A DNA stretch of 60,124 bases, from NCBI GenBank assembly GCA_021737225.1, contig JAIPEJ010000001.1, forward strand, positions 1-60,124, in the 5' to 3' direction. This document shows positions 1-10,830 of this stretch, in pieces; the stretch's first letter is position 1, and each line of letters opens with the position of its first letter. The DNA comes from Desulfobacteraceae bacterium (lineage in GTDB: Bacteria > Desulfobacterota > Desulfobacteria > Desulfobacterales > Desulfosalsimonadaceae). A program made the translations under genes and the position numbers. A model generated the notes under the pieces. That model ran no database searches, was not told the origin of the DNA, and was given only the letters and a program-made list of their open reading frames with translations.

Positions 1-348
<348 letters not shown>

Positions 349-2976
349 TCAAGGCAGCGCCGAGAGCACCTGCTCCCGGATCTGTGCCACCCGCCCGGGT
401 GCGTCCACTTTGCCGCCCTGCTCGTCGCGAACATAAAAAACATCCACTACCTGGTCGACCTTGGTTGCAATTTTTGCCACCCATATATCCAGGCCGTTCC
501 GGGTCAGCGCGTCCGTGATCCGGTAGAGCAGCCCCGGAAAATCATAGGAAAAAACTTCGATAATGGTATAAAAGCTGGAAGTCTCGTTATCCACCTCCAC
601 CCGGTTGGGCCGTCCGGAAGTCCCGTCTTTTCTTGCCCGGGCCTGCTTGTCTGCCAGCGCTCCGGAAAGATCGAGTTTTCCGGTCAGAGCGGATTCCAGA
701 TCCCGGGCCGCCCGCTGCCAGCGCTCATCTTCAAATATCTGATCCGGCGGGGGCGTAACCGTGAAGATATCCAGGGCAATATTGTTGCGCCACGTGTATA
801 TCTGGGCATCCAGGACATCCATGCCGTTTAAGGTAAATACGCCCGCGATCTTTGAAAACAACCCGGGCCGGTCCTTGGCACAGACCACCACGGTGCGGGT
901 ATTGGAAGCCGCCTCAGGGGTGACCTCCCAGACAAAGGGCTGATCTGCCAACCACCGGTAAAGCTGAATGTGAGAGACAATATCCCTGGCCTCCGTGTAA
1001 AGCAGATACCGCGGGGAAAGCACCTCGAGCATGGCCTCCACTTCCGGACCCGGAAAATCCGATTCTCTGCGCACATATGCCTTTTTCTTCTCCACCCGCC
1101 GGACCGCGCCGGAGGTGGCCAGTTCGCCCTTTTCCAGGATTCCCAGGATTTTCAGAAAAAAGTCGCGCACCAGCGTGGCCGTCCAGTTGTTCCACGCCTT
1201 CGGGCCCGTGGCCATGGAATCGGCCACGGTCAGCAGATACAGCATTTTCAGCAAATTCACCTGCCCGACTTCCCGGGCGATGCGGATGGCGGTTTCCTCG
1301 TCATTGATGTCGCGCCGGCTGGCGGTCTTGACCAGCAGCAGGTGATTTTCGATTAAAAAGGACACCACCTCGGCCTCACGCCTTCCGTATCCCAGGCGCT
1401 CCATGATAGCAGGCGCCATTTGCGCGCCGGTGGCCGAATGCTTCCCGTCGGACCGGCCCTTGCCGATATCGTGCAGCAGGGCCGCCAGCAAAAGCAGGTG
1501 CTTTTTCTTCAGCCCGTTATAAATTTTGATGCACAACGGATCCACGCCGTCGGGCGGGTTGTCCGCAAAGGTCTTGATAAAGTAAATGGTGCGCAGGCTG
1601 TGCCGGTCCACCGGGTGAAGGTGATAGGCATCAAACTGGATACGGTCCACGATCCCCCCGAATTCGGGAATCATCCGCACCAGGAAACCGGTTTCCAGCA
1701 TCAGCTCCAGCACGTTTACCGGTCCGGCAGGAATCAGCAGGATATTTTCAAAGGCCCGCCGGACATCCGGGTTGGCCCGGAAATCGTCGTCCACCAGGTA
1801 CCCGAACTCGCGCACCAAGCGGCCGGCCTCCCGGGTCAGGGGCATGCGCAGCCTGGCTGCAGCCTCAAATATCCGGATCAGCAGGATGGGCGACCTGACA
1901 ATCCGGTTGGAGGAATAAAATCCCAGCCCGCCGCGGGCCACCTCGATGCCCGGAATATCCGGCTGCCGTCGAACCCCGAAGCTTCGCCGCGCGGGCTTTT
2001 CAAATCCCAGCTCGAATAACAGCAGAAGCAATTGCTGCTTGACAAACCCCATCTTTGCATGCAGCTCACTCATCAATCTTTCCACCGGCAACTGGCCGTC
2101 TTCTTCCACCAGGCCCATTTCCTCTGCCAGGCGCTCCTGGTGATCAAAGTAGAGCTGATCGCACTTGCGGCCGGTAAAATAATGCAGCCGGTTGCGCACC
2201 CGCCATATAAAGGAAAGCGCATCAAACAGGCTTTCATATTCCCGGCTGGAAAGCACGCCGTGGTATTCCAGATCCCGCAGGTCGCAAAGATCGTACTTGA
2301 TCCGGCCGATCCAGCGCATGGTATGATAATCGCGCAGTCCGCCCGCGCCCTCTTTCAAATTGGGCTCCAGCAGAAACGTGGCGTCCCCGTAATGGCGATG
2401 CCGGCCTCGGTTGCGCTCCACCAGGGCACGTATGGTTTTATGCGGGACGCGCGCGAAAACCCGCTCGCGGACCCGGGCGGTCATGTCCGCATAAACCGAT
2501 GAAATGCCGCATAAAAACCGGGCATCGAGAATGGAAGTCATTATTTCCAGGTCCTCTTTGGCCATTTTCACGCACTCTTGAAGCGACCGGGTGGCATAGC
2601 CTACCTCCAGGCCGAGGTCCCACAAGGGGTAGACATACTCCCGGATCAAATCTTCGGCCGCATCAGGCACTGCGTTTTCAAACAGCAGCAGCAGATCCAC
2701 GTCAGAATACACGCACTGCTCGGCGCGGCCGTATCCGCCCAGGGCGACAACCGCATAAGGGTTGCGGTTGATGGCAATGGCCGGACCGATCTGACTGATG
2801 GCAAAGCGCTGCCGGAAGTAATCGTCAAAAAGCTCGGCATGCGCCTGGAGAAATTCGGCAGACGCCATCTGCGGGGCGCTTTCAAACAACGCCTCGCGGC
2901 GCTGCTTGAGTATTGCGGCCGGATCCATGTCCCGGCTTTCCACTGTATATGTTGTTGACACCACAGATTCCTCCAT
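349..2976 (-). CDS. glnD: [protein-PII] uridylyltransferase/uridylyl-removing enzyme
   Basis: ALGGYGR..SDVDL NTase motif, LEPNLKEGAGGLRD, HD domain (LLHDIGKG), two C-terminal ACT domains. True start may be a GTG at 2964/2961 after GGAGG. Confidence 0.96.
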   Translation of the reverse strand: MEESVVSTTYTVESRDMDPAAILKQRREALFESAPQMASAEFLQAHAELFDDYFRQRFAISQIGPAIAINRNPYAVVALGGYGRAEQCVYSDVDLLLLFENAVPDAAEDLIREYVYPLWDLGLEVGYATRSLQECVKMAKEDLEIMTSILDARFLCGISSVYADMTARVRERVFARVPHKTIRALVERNRGRHRHYGDATFLLEPNLKEGAGGLRDYHTMRWIGRIKYDLCDLRDLEYHGVLSSREYESLFDALSFIWRVRNRLHYFTGRKCDQLYFDHQERLAEEMGLVEEDGQLPVERLMSELHAKMGFVKQQLLLLLFELGFEKPARRSFGVRRQPDIPGIEVARGGLGFYSSNRIVRSPILLIRIFEAAARLRMPLTREAGRLVREFGYLVDDDFRANPDVRRAFENILLIPAGPVNVLELMLETGFLVRMIPEFGGIVDRIQFDAYHLHPVDRHSLRTIYFIKTFADNPPDGVDPLCIKIYNGLKKKHLLLLAALLHDIGKGRSDGKHSATGAQMAPAIMERLGYGRREAEVVSFLIENHLLLVKTASRRDINDEETAIRIAREVGQVNLLKMLYLLTVADSMATGPKAWNNWTATLVRDFFLKILGILEKGELATSGAVRRVEKKKAYVRRESDFPGPEVEAMLEVLSPRYLLYTEARDIVSHIQLYRWLADQPFVWEVTPEAASNTRTVVVCAKDRPGLFSKIAGVFTLNGMDVLDAQIYTWRNNIALDIFTVTPPPDQIFEDERWQRAARDLESALTGKLDLSGALADKQARARKDGTSGRPNRVEVDNETSSFYTIIEVFSYDFPGLLYRITDALTRNGLDIWVAKIATKVDQVVDVFYVRDEQGGKVDAPGRVAQIREQVLSALP

Positions 2977-2990
2977 TTGTGGTTAGAAAA

Positions 2991-3007
2991 AGCAACTTAT
3001 GTGCCAA
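2991..3007 (-). promoter_or_regulatory. sigma54 (-24/-12) promoter of glnD-glnB
   Basis: Minus strand reads TTGGCAC-ATAAG-TTGCT, an exact match to the TGGCAC-N5-TTGC consensus, upstream of nitrogen-control genes. Confidence 0.85.
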
Positions 3008-3250
3008 AAATTAATAAAATCAAAATAAACTATGAAATCAAAATCTTGAACTTGAATCAAATCACAGGGGGCGCAGAAATGAGCGACAAATTTGTAATCT
3101 CTATTTACAATTTTGTAACATCCCTTTTTGTATTTACAGGAAGAATATACAGATCATGGTATGAAAAGCAACCGTGTTTCTGTTATATTCAGGTAGTCTG
3201 GGCGGGAAAGCGGGCGCAATCTTTAAAAACCGGCTGAAAGGATTCAAAGC

Positions 3251-4009
3251 ATGAAACGCATTTTTGCAGCTCTTGCCGTGCTAATGTGTTTTGCAGCCGC
3301 CGGGCATGGCCGGATAAATGATCCGGACCCCCGGGAACTGGTCAAAGGCGCTGTCAACTACCTGCGGGGCAAGACCTCGCAGGCAGTGGTGGAAATGACC
3401 ATCCACCGCCCGGATTGGCAGCGGCAAATGACGATCAAGGCCTGGACCGAGGGCCGGGAAAACAGCATTTTCTGGATTGCCGCACCTCCCAAGGACCGCG
3501 GCAACGGCACCCTGAAGCGCGGCGATGAAATGTGGATATTCAACCCCAAGGTCAACCGGGTGATCAAGCTGCCGCCCTCCATGATGTCCCAGTCCTGGCA
3601 GGGGTCGGACTTTTCCAACAACGACCTGGCCAAATCCGACAATATCGTGGATCAGTACACCCACGAAATTATCGACAGGCAAACCCACCAGGGAAAAACC
3701 GTCTACGTGATCCGCTCGCTGCCCAAGCCGGGCGCACCCGTGGTCTGGGGCATGCAGGAATTAAAGATCCGCGAAGACCATATTCTGATCCGCCAGGCGT
3801 TTTTCGACGAGGACCAAGAGTTGGTCAAGGCTCTGACCATGGAGAAAATCGAAATGCTCGGCGGCCGGCTATATCCGGTAAAGTGGAAGATGCAAAAAGC
3901 GGATCAAAAAGAAGAATATACCGTTCTCGATTACCAATCCCTCGAATTCGGCCTGGACATATCAGACCGGATCTTTACCATTGCCAGCCTCAAAAACCCC
4001 AGACTATAA
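3251..4009 (+). CDS. LolA-like outer-membrane lipoprotein-sorting family protein
   Basis: Signal peptide; P.KDRGNGTL, MW.FNP...RVIKL..SMM.QSW.GSDFS..D motifs; heads an ABC permease cluster. Confidence 0.85.
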   Translation: MKRIFAALAVLMCFAAAGHGRINDPDPRELVKGAVNYLRGKTSQAVVEMTIHRPDWQRQMTIKAWTEGRENSIFWIAAPPKDRGNGTLKRGDEMWIFNPKVNRVIKLPPSMMSQSWQGSDFSNNDLAKSDNIVDQYTHEIIDRQTHQGKTVYVIRSLPKPGAPVVWGMQELKIREDHILIRQAFFDEDQELVKALTMEKIEMLGGRLYPVKWKMQKADQKEEYTVLDYQSLEFGLDISDRIFTIASLKNPRL

Positions 4010-4024
4010 CACGGGCGGTGCCTG

Positions 4025-5269
4025 ATGGGCATGGACATGAAAATGGCCTGGAGAAACGTGTGGCGCAACCCGCGCCGGACCTGGCTGACCATCAGCGCCA
4101 TAGGATTTGCCTGCATCATCCTGATATTCATGCTCTCCTTCCAGTTCGGTTCCTACGGAACCATGATCAATTCGGCCATCCAGATCAACACAGGGCACCT
4201 GCAGATCCAGGCGGAAAACTATTTTGCGGAAAAATCCATGCGCCAGGTGGTGCCCGAGCCCGGGCCGGTTATCCGGTCGGCATCAGGGATCGAGTCCGTG
4301 CAGGCTGTCACCGCCCGGGCCAACGCGTTTTCCCTGGTATCATCGGACAACCGGACCGGCGGGGCCATGATCATCGGCGTGGACCCGGAATCCGAGGCGC
4401 AGGTCTCCACCCTGGAAACTCTGGTGCGCAGGGGTGAGTTCCTCACCGAAGCCGAACCCGCGTCCAATCCGGCACTGATCGGGCGCCTGATGGCCCGTAA
4501 CCTGCAGGTGGGTATTGGCGACGAACTCGTGGTGCTCGGCCAGGGAAGGGACGGCTCGGTTGCGGCCACCGCGCTGACGGTCTGCGGTATCTATGCCTCG
4601 GGCATGGACGAATTTGACCGAAGCACCCTGCACATGCCGCTCGATACCTTCCAGGAAGTCTATTCCATGCGCGGGGCGGTTCACGAAATCGTGGTCAAAG
4701 TAAGCGGCCTTAACCATGTGGCCCCGGTCAAGCGGGTCCTGGCAAAGCGGCTGGATCAGATGCCGGGCGGCGACAGCCTGACCGTGCTCGACTGGGACGA
4801 ACTCATGCCGGGCCTGACCCAGGCCATTAAGCTGGATTTGACCATCGGGGTCATCTTCTGGGCTCTTCTGGTGCTGGTGGTGGCCTTCTCCATATTAAAT
4901 ACCTTTTTGATGGCCGTGTTCGAACGCACCCGGGAATTCGGGGTAATGATGGCCATCGGCACCCGACCGGGGCGGCTGGTCTGGATCATGCTCTATGAGT
5001 CCACGGCCATGACCCTGGTGGGCATCGGGCTGGGCATTGCCATGGGCTGCATGGTGACCTGGATTTTCCAGCATATCGGCATCGATCTTTCCGGCGCCTC
5101 TGAAATCTTGCAGCAGTACGGGATTTCCGGACGGATTTATCCGCAGCTCTCAATCATTACCGCACTGGCCGGTCCGGCGCTGGTACTGATCGTCACCTTT
5201 GCCGTGTCACTCTACCCGGCCCTGAAGATCAAAAGCCTCAAACCGGTGGAAGCGATGATGCATGTATAA
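4025..5269 (+). CDS. ABC transporter permease (LolE/FtsX/MacB type)
   Basis: AWRNVWRNPRRT N-terminus, periplasmic domain, ERTREFGVMMAIG motif, 4 TM layout. Confidence 0.92.
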   Translation: MGMDMKMAWRNVWRNPRRTWLTISAIGFACIILIFMLSFQFGSYGTMINSAIQINTGHLQIQAENYFAEKSMRQVVPEPGPVIRSASGIESVQAVTARANAFSLVSSDNRTGGAMIIGVDPESEAQVSTLETLVRRGEFLTEAEPASNPALIGRLMARNLQVGIGDELVVLGQGRDGSVAATALTVCGIYASGMDEFDRSTLHMPLDTFQEVYSMRGAVHEIVVKVSGLNHVAPVKRVLAKRLDQMPGGDSLTVLDWDELMPGLTQAIKLDLTIGVIFWALLVLVVAFSILNTFLMAVFERTREFGVMMAIGTRPGRLVWIMLYESTAMTLVGIGLGIAMGCMVTWIFQHIGIDLSGASEILQQYGISGRIYPQLSIITALAGPALVLIVTFAVSLYPALKIKSLKPVEAMMHV

Positions 5270-5304
5270 AATACGTTACCCAATCGATGACGATTCCGGG
5301 ACAG

Positions 5305-5472
5305 AAATATGACAGGATCGTAAAAAGTTATTTTACAGGCTGGTTAAGTTTTAAGTGATTAAGTGGTTAAGTGAAATCAGGAAGTTATTTTATTGTTTGC
5401 CAATTATGATGGATTTGGAAAAAGCATAAATGCCGCCGCAGCGGTGTAAATTGCTTTTCCCGAAATCATAAA
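5305..5472. repeat. AT-rich intergenic repeat (partial MITE-like element plus a short inverted-repeat unit)
   Basis: 5305-5400 closely resembles 24711-24810 (aaaaagt..ttttacaggc..ttaagtgattaa.tg.ttaagt.aaatca..a.gtta..ttttattg.ttg). 5403-5472 has imperfect IR ttatgat..ggaaaaagc / gcttttcc..atcataa. Confidence 0.7.
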
Positions 5473-5499
5473 ATATAACCACTTGAACGGACCGCATTA

Positions 5500-6723
5500 A
5501 TGGACATCAAGATCGCCTGGCGAAATATCTGGCGCAATCCGAGGCGCACGATCATCATCATGACCGCGGTGATCATCGGGATCTGGAGCATGATCTTTCT
5601 GACCGCATTTATGCGCGGGATGGTGGTGGACATGATCGAAAACGGGATTGCCACCCTGACCGGGGATGTCAAGATCTACGCCAGCGGCTTTCGAAGCGAC
5701 CCCGCACTGGAAAACCGCATCCGAAACCCCGGTCCCCTGGCAGAAAAGGTGCAGGCGAACCTGCCGGCAGACGCCCACATGGCCGCGCGCATCCGGGTCA
5801 GCGCCATTGCTCAGAACGCCCGGCATTCGGCCGGAGTGACGCTGGTGGGCATTGATCCGGCCGAAGAAGCCGGGGTCTCGTTTATCGGCGACGGCGTGGC
5901 GACCGGGCAAATGATCCGGCCCGGCAACCCGGTGGACATCGTGGTCGGAAAAGCCCTGCTCGAGAAGTTCGAAACAAAAATCGGCAACAAGCTGATTCTC
6001 ATGTCAGAAGACGCCGCACACGAAATGGCATCCCGGGCCTTCCGGATCCGGGGGATTTTTTCCGCCGAACTCGAAGCCACGGAAAAGCGCTTCGTGTTTG
6101 TCAGCAAATCGGCGGCTCGCGGAATGCTGCAAATCGGTGCGGATGTCTCGGAAATCTCGGTCATGCTGGAAAATCATGACCGGGCCGATGCGGTTGCCGA
6201 AAAAATCGCTGCAGCCATTGACACCGAAGCCTATGAAGTGCGCACCTGGAAGGAACTCAAGCCCATGCTCAAGGCCTACATCAACATCTTCGACGGCTAT
6301 ATCATTCTCTGGTACCTGGTGGTCTTTGCGGCCATGGTCTTCGGCATCATCAACACCACGCTCATGGCGGTATTCGAGCGCATGCGGGAATTCGGACTGC
6401 TAAAAGCACTGGGCATGCGGCCCTGGCGGATTCTTCGCGCCGTGCTCATCGAGACCGCTTTCATCCTGCTCATCGGTGCGGCCGCGGGAAACACCCTGGC
6501 CTTTTCAATGGTCTATGCCATCGGGCAGCGCGGCATCGACCTGTCCATGTTTGCCGCGGGATTCGAATATGCCGGCATGTCCTCGGTCATCCGGCCGGAG
6601 ATATTTGCCGGCGACGTGGTGCTGGCCAATGCGGTCGTGATCTGCCTGGGCCTTGTCGTGAGCGCTTATCCGGCCGCGCGTGCGGCGCGGATTACGCCGG
6701 TGGAGGCAATGGCCCGGAATTGA
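5500..6723 (+). CDS. ABC transporter permease (LolE/FtsX type), second paralog
   Basis: AWRNIWRNPRRT, ERMREFGLLKALG motifs. Confidence 0.92.
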   Translation: MDIKIAWRNIWRNPRRTIIIMTAVIIGIWSMIFLTAFMRGMVVDMIENGIATLTGDVKIYASGFRSDPALENRIRNPGPLAEKVQANLPADAHMAARIRVSAIAQNARHSAGVTLVGIDPAEEAGVSFIGDGVATGQMIRPGNPVDIVVGKALLEKFETKIGNKLILMSEDAAHEMASRAFRIRGIFSAELEATEKRFVFVSKSAARGMLQIGADVSEISVMLENHDRADAVAEKIAAAIDTEAYEVRTWKELKPMLKAYINIFDGYIILWYLVVFAAMVFGIINTTLMAVFERMREFGLLKALGMRPWRILRAVLIETAFILLIGAAAGNTLAFSMVYAIGQRGIDLSMFAAGFEYAGMSSVIRPEIFAGDVVLANAVVICLGLVVSAYPAARAARITPVEAMARN

Positions 6724-6742
6724 AAAACAGCGGAGGCATTCC

Positions 6743-7429
6743 ATGTCCATCGTGGAAATCAGAGGTGTGGACAAGACCTACCAACAGGGCAAGGTCTTCG
6801 TGCAGGCCCTCAAAAACATCGATCTGACAGTTGAAAAGGGCAGTTTTGCCGCGATTGCCGGGCCTTCCGGTTCCGGCAAAACCACCCTTTTAAACATTAT
6901 CGGCGGCCTGGACGTGCCGGACCGCGGCGATGTCCGTGTGGACGGAAACGCCTACGCAGACATGACCCGGTCCGGGATGGCCGAACTGCGACTCTGCCGC
7001 ATCGGGTTTGTTTTCCAGGCCTATAACCTGCTGCCGGTGCTCTCGGCCGTGGAAAACGTGGAATACGTGATGCAGCTCCAGGGCGTGGACAAAAAGCAGC
7101 GTCGGGAACGGGCCGTGGCGATTCTCGACGAGGTGGGGCTTTCCGGCAGGTACCACAACCGGCCGGCCGAACTCTCCGGCGGCCAGCAGCAGCGGGTGGC
7201 CGTGGCCCGGGCCATTGTATCGGATCCGGCCATTGTGCTGGCCGACGAACCCACGGCCAATCTCGATTCCAAAACCGGCGAAGGGCTTTTGCAGATCATG
7301 GAAAAGATGAACCGGGAAAAGGCCGTCACCTTTATTTTCTCCACGCATGACCGGATGGTGATGTCATATGCCCGCCGCCTGATACACATCCGGGACGGGG
7401 AAATTGAAAATGGCAAACCGATGGAATAA
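6743..7429 (+). CDS. ABC transporter ATP-binding protein (LolD-like)
   Basis: Walker A GPSGSGKT, LSGGQQQRV, LADEPT; start moved to ATG 6743 after GGAGG RBS. Confidence 0.95.
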   Translation: MSIVEIRGVDKTYQQGKVFVQALKNIDLTVEKGSFAAIAGPSGSGKTTLLNIIGGLDVPDRGDVRVDGNAYADMTRSGMAELRLCRIGFVFQAYNLLPVLSAVENVEYVMQLQGVDKKQRRERAVAILDEVGLSGRYHNRPAELSGGQQQRVAVARAIVSDPAIVLADEPTANLDSKTGEGLLQIMEKMNREKAVTFIFSTHDRMVMSYARRLIHIRDGEIENGKPME

Positions 7430-8738
7430 TTACCCGGGACGCCTCGGCCGGCTTATGGCCGCCGGGTTGGCCGCCTGCCTGGCAGGGCTGGTCCTGTTTT
7501 GTCCACCGGCTTCCGGCGGATACGCCGATTCCCTGAACCACGGCGGGCATCTGCGGCTGCGGGCCGCAGCAGCCGATCCCGAGGCCGGCTCGCGGCTTGA
7601 TATTCTGAACAAAGAAAGGCTTTATGACACCGTCTTTGAGTTCAGGTCCAAGCACCAATTCTCGCCGTCCGATACCTGGGACCTGGAGGTGCATTATGAA
7701 ATGATCGGTACGTCCGGAGATACCCGGAAGGCGGATTCCCGCTTTCTGGCCCGGTATCCGGCGGCCCGCCTGTTTGTTCCGGCGGAAGGGACCTCGGATG
7801 ATCTGCGCCTGATGGATCTTTCCCATGTGATCACCGCGGATGACAACACCCGGGTCTATCACCGCCTCGACCGCCTGGTGATCTCCGCCCGGCGGGACTG
7901 GGGCACGCTCCGGGTGGGCCGCCAGGCACTTACCTGGGGAAACGGTTTTTTGTTTCAGCCCATGGATTTGTTCAACCCGTTTTCCCCAACGGACGTGGAG
8001 CGCGACTACAAGATCGGAGACGACATGGTCACGTTTCAGACCTGGTCGGAGACCGCAGGAGAGATCCAGATGCTTTACGTGCCGCGAAGGGACCCGGCAA
8101 CCGGAGACATCGCGCGGGACCGGTCCTCGGCCGCGGCAAAACTTCATCGATATGTGGGCGGCGTGGAAATGGACCTGATGGCGGGAATCCATTATGATGA
8201 TTTCGTCACCGGTATCGGTCTGGTCGGATATGCGGGCGGGGCGGCCTGGCGCCTGGATGCCGCCTACACCCGGTTTGATGACGCCCATGGTCAAAGCGGG
8301 TATGCCAGTGTCTGTGCCAACCTGGACTATTCCTGGGTCTGGTGGGGGAAAAACATGTACGGTTGGATCGAATACTATTACACCGGGCTGGGCACGGACG
8401 ACTACGAAAACGCATGGTATGATCCGGACCTGATTGAGCGCATCCGCCGGGGGGAACGGTTCACTCTCGGGCGGTCCTATTTCGACGCCCAGCTCCGGGT
8501 TGAGCTTCATCCCCTGGTCAATGGGTATACCACCCTGATCCTAAACACCGAGGACCCTTCAGGGATCATCCAGCCCCGCCTGGTGTGGGATGCCCGGCAG
8601 AACCTGCAGGTCACCGCCGGGCTCGATCTTTACTGGGGCGGACCGGACACGGAATTCGGAGGGATCGACATTCCGGGACTGCCGTTTGAAGAAGCCCCGG
8701 CCGACCGCGCTTACGTTTGGACGAGCTGGTTTTTTTAG
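7410..8738 (+). CDS. exported protein, probable outer-membrane beta-barrel
   Basis: Signal peptide, RVGRQALTWG motif, alternating beta-strand pattern, terminal ..VWTSWFF aromatic end; overlaps the ATPase stop. Confidence 0.7.
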   Translation: MANRWNNYPGRLGRLMAAGLAACLAGLVLFCPPASGGYADSLNHGGHLRLRAAAADPEAGSRLDILNKERLYDTVFEFRSKHQFSPSDTWDLEVHYEMIGTSGDTRKADSRFLARYPAARLFVPAEGTSDDLRLMDLSHVITADDNTRVYHRLDRLVISARRDWGTLRVGRQALTWGNGFLFQPMDLFNPFSPTDVERDYKIGDDMVTFQTWSETAGEIQMLYVPRRDPATGDIARDRSSAAAKLHRYVGGVEMDLMAGIHYDDFVTGIGLVGYAGGAAWRLDAAYTRFDDAHGQSGYASVCANLDYSWVWWGKNMYGWIEYYYTGLGTDDYENAWYDPDLIERIRRGERFTLGRSYFDAQLRVELHPLVNGYTTLILNTEDPSGIIQPRLVWDARQNLQVTAGLDLYWGGPDTEFGGIDIPGLPFEEAPADRAYVWTSWFF

Positions 8739-8843
8739 CCTTCCAGACCGGTGGCGGCCGAATTGGTTTAACTTTGAGATTTATCTGAACAGGCACCTTC
8801 TATCGATTCAAGGACAGCCGGAAATCCGGGGTGCCGCCTCCGG

Positions 8844-10286
8844 CTAAGATTTTTTCGCCTCCCGCTTTTTCATGACATAGCTCACTTCTATCCGGTCATC
8901 GGCTCCATCGGCCACCCGCAGGGTGGGCTGCTTCAGGAGCAGGCGGGTGGTCAGTTTCCCGGAGGCGGAGAGCTTTCCGATATCCACGCGCTCGGTATAA
9001 ATGGTATCAATGGCTTCAAGCTGCCGACTGGCGCCAACCAAGCGAATGGTTCCGGGTGAAACAGAAGCCTGGGTGATCCGCATGTCATCCGGAGCCCGGC
9101 CCGCCCAGTTGACCTGGACAGGCAGGTTCTTTGCGGCCAGTTTGTCCAGGGTCACGCTCAGCACGGCGGGTTCGATGCGGTTTAAGCGTATCCCGGGCGG
9201 CAGGGCCACGTTGCTGCTGCTCAGATTAAAAGTATTTTTGCCGGGGTCTGCCCGGCTCAGATTCACGGATACCTTGACCTGGTCCGGCCCCATGTTTTTG
9301 ACCAGGGCACCGGCGCCGCTCAGATAAAGATGGACCATGCTGGCCGAAGTGTCGAATATTTCGAGTCCGGCCGCCCGATTGGTAAACTTCACCGGGACCT
9401 GCATGGCGGTCAAGGTTTCAATGCCGCGGGTAAAACTGAACCAGATGCCGGTCATGCAGACCAGGCAGATCAGGGCTGCGGCGGAGAGTTTCACGGTCTC
9501 GCGCTTAAAGCCCTTCCCGGGCTCCGGTACAATGCCCAGGTGGCGGCGGAGATGATGCCCCAGGACCTGGATGTCATGAATATCGATGATCTCCTGGCCC
9601 TTGGCCAGGACGATCTTGCCGGTTTCCTCGGAAACCACTATCACCATGGCATCCGAATTCTGGGCAAGCCCCAGCGCCGCCCGGTGGCGGGTGCCAAAAC
9701 GCTGGGGCAGATCCTGGCGCTGGGAAAGCGGGAGAATGGTGCCGACCCGGGTAACGCGCCGGCCCTCAATCACCACCGCCCCGTCATGCACAGGATTGCC
9801 GTTGTAGAAAATGGAGAGCAGCATTTCCCGGGACAACAGGCCCTGCCACTCGACTCCCCCCTGCATCAGATCCTTGAGATCCTCTCTTCCCGGCAGGATA
9901 ATCAGGGCGCCTGTCCGGCGACTGGCCAATTCCTTGACACTTTCGGTTAAAATATCGACCGGCGTGGCGGCCGTTTTCCCGGGCACCCCCCAGAGGATGG
10001 CCCGAAGATTCTGGGCCTGCAGTACACTGCGGATTTCATTCCTGAATACAATCACAATGATCAGGGCCGCTGCTGCGATAATTCCCTGCATGGCCCAGCT
10101 CGTGACAATCAGTCCCACCTCGGTGGCCACGCGCTGAAACACATACAAAAAAGCCAGCCCCGCCATCACGCGCATCACCTGACTGCCGCGAAACAGCACA
10201 TAAAGCCGGAACAGGATATAGGTGTTCAGGAGAATATCAATGACATCCTGCCATCGAATAACGCCGGTCAAGGGGTCCAAAGGCAT
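8844..10286 (-). CDS. diadenylate cyclase CdaA fused to YbbR (CdaR-like) domains
   Basis: 3 N-terminal TMs, DAC motifs HDGAV and GTRHRAA, VSEETG; then a TM and two YbbR-like repeats. Confidence 0.9.
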   Translation of the reverse strand: MPLDPLTGVIRWQDVIDILLNTYILFRLYVLFRGSQVMRVMAGLAFLYVFQRVATEVGLIVTSWAMQGIIAAAALIIVIVFRNEIRSVLQAQNLRAILWGVPGKTAATPVDILTESVKELASRRTGALIILPGREDLKDLMQGGVEWQGLLSREMLLSIFYNGNPVHDGAVVIEGRRVTRVGTILPLSQRQDLPQRFGTRHRAALGLAQNSDAMVIVVSEETGKIVLAKGQEIIDIHDIQVLGHHLRRHLGIVPEPGKGFKRETVKLSAAALICLVCMTGIWFSFTRGIETLTAMQVPVKFTNRAAGLEIFDTSASMVHLYLSGAGALVKNMGPDQVKVSVNLSRADPGKNTFNLSSSNVALPPGIRLNRIEPAVLSVTLDKLAAKNLPVQVNWAGRAPDDMRITQASVSPGTIRLVGASRQLEAIDTIYTERVDIGKLSASGKLTTRLLLKQPTLRVADGADDRIEVSYVMKKREAKKS

Positions 10287-10295
10287 TTCAATCCA

Positions 10296-10760
10296 CTATT
10301 CGGTTACGCTGAAGCGCAGGATGGTCAGAACCGTTTCGTCCGAAGCGACGATATTGACGCGCCAGGGGCCCTTGTCGGATTCGCGCAGCTGCATGCTGCT
10401 GTAAGTGGACCATCGCGGTGGCTTCAAGGCAAGCTTTTTCTCGCTTACGAGTTCATCGCGGCGGTACCAGCGGTGCAAAATGTAAGTTTCGCTGGCCACG
10501 GCGGCAAACCGGGTAAAACACATGATACTGCCGCGTTCAATGGAGAAGGTGATCGCCGGGTTAATCGGTTTCAGATCCTCAATGCCCTCGCAGACCACGG
10601 CCCGCTCCAGTTTGAGTTGCTGCAGGCCGGACTGTGCAGACGTATCGTCATCCGCCATGGCGGGCGCATACAGGGCACCTGCCGCAAGCAGCAGAGCCAC
10701 AGGCCCGAGCAGGCATAGCCAGCCTTTTATGTGACACCGGAATATGATCTTCATATCCAT
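10296..10760 (-). CDS. DUF2914-family exported protein
   Basis: Signal/TM segment, C..I....P, CFTRF, HRWY, WSTYSS..L...DKGPWRV pattern; start trimmed to ATG 10760. Confidence 0.7.
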   Translation of the reverse strand: MDMKIIFRCHIKGWLCLLGPVALLLAAGALYAPAMADDDTSAQSGLQQLKLERAVVCEGIEDLKPINPAITFSIERGSIMCFTRFAAVASETYILHRWYRRDELVSEKKLALKPPRWSTYSSMQLRESDKGPWRVNIVASDETVLTILRFSVTE

Positions 10761-10830
10761 TTCTATGGAGGGGAAAAACGCTTTTTGCAAGCAAAAATAA
10801 CTTAAAAAAAAGCGGCGCCTGCAGTTCCGT

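Noticed and set aside
5341-5375. Short ttaagt tandem repeats as a CRISPR array or iterons
   Set aside because: Units too short, no spacers or cas genes; part of the dispersed IR element.
7332-8510. 392-aa minus-strand ORF
   Set aside because: Shadow of the probable outer-membrane barrel gene.
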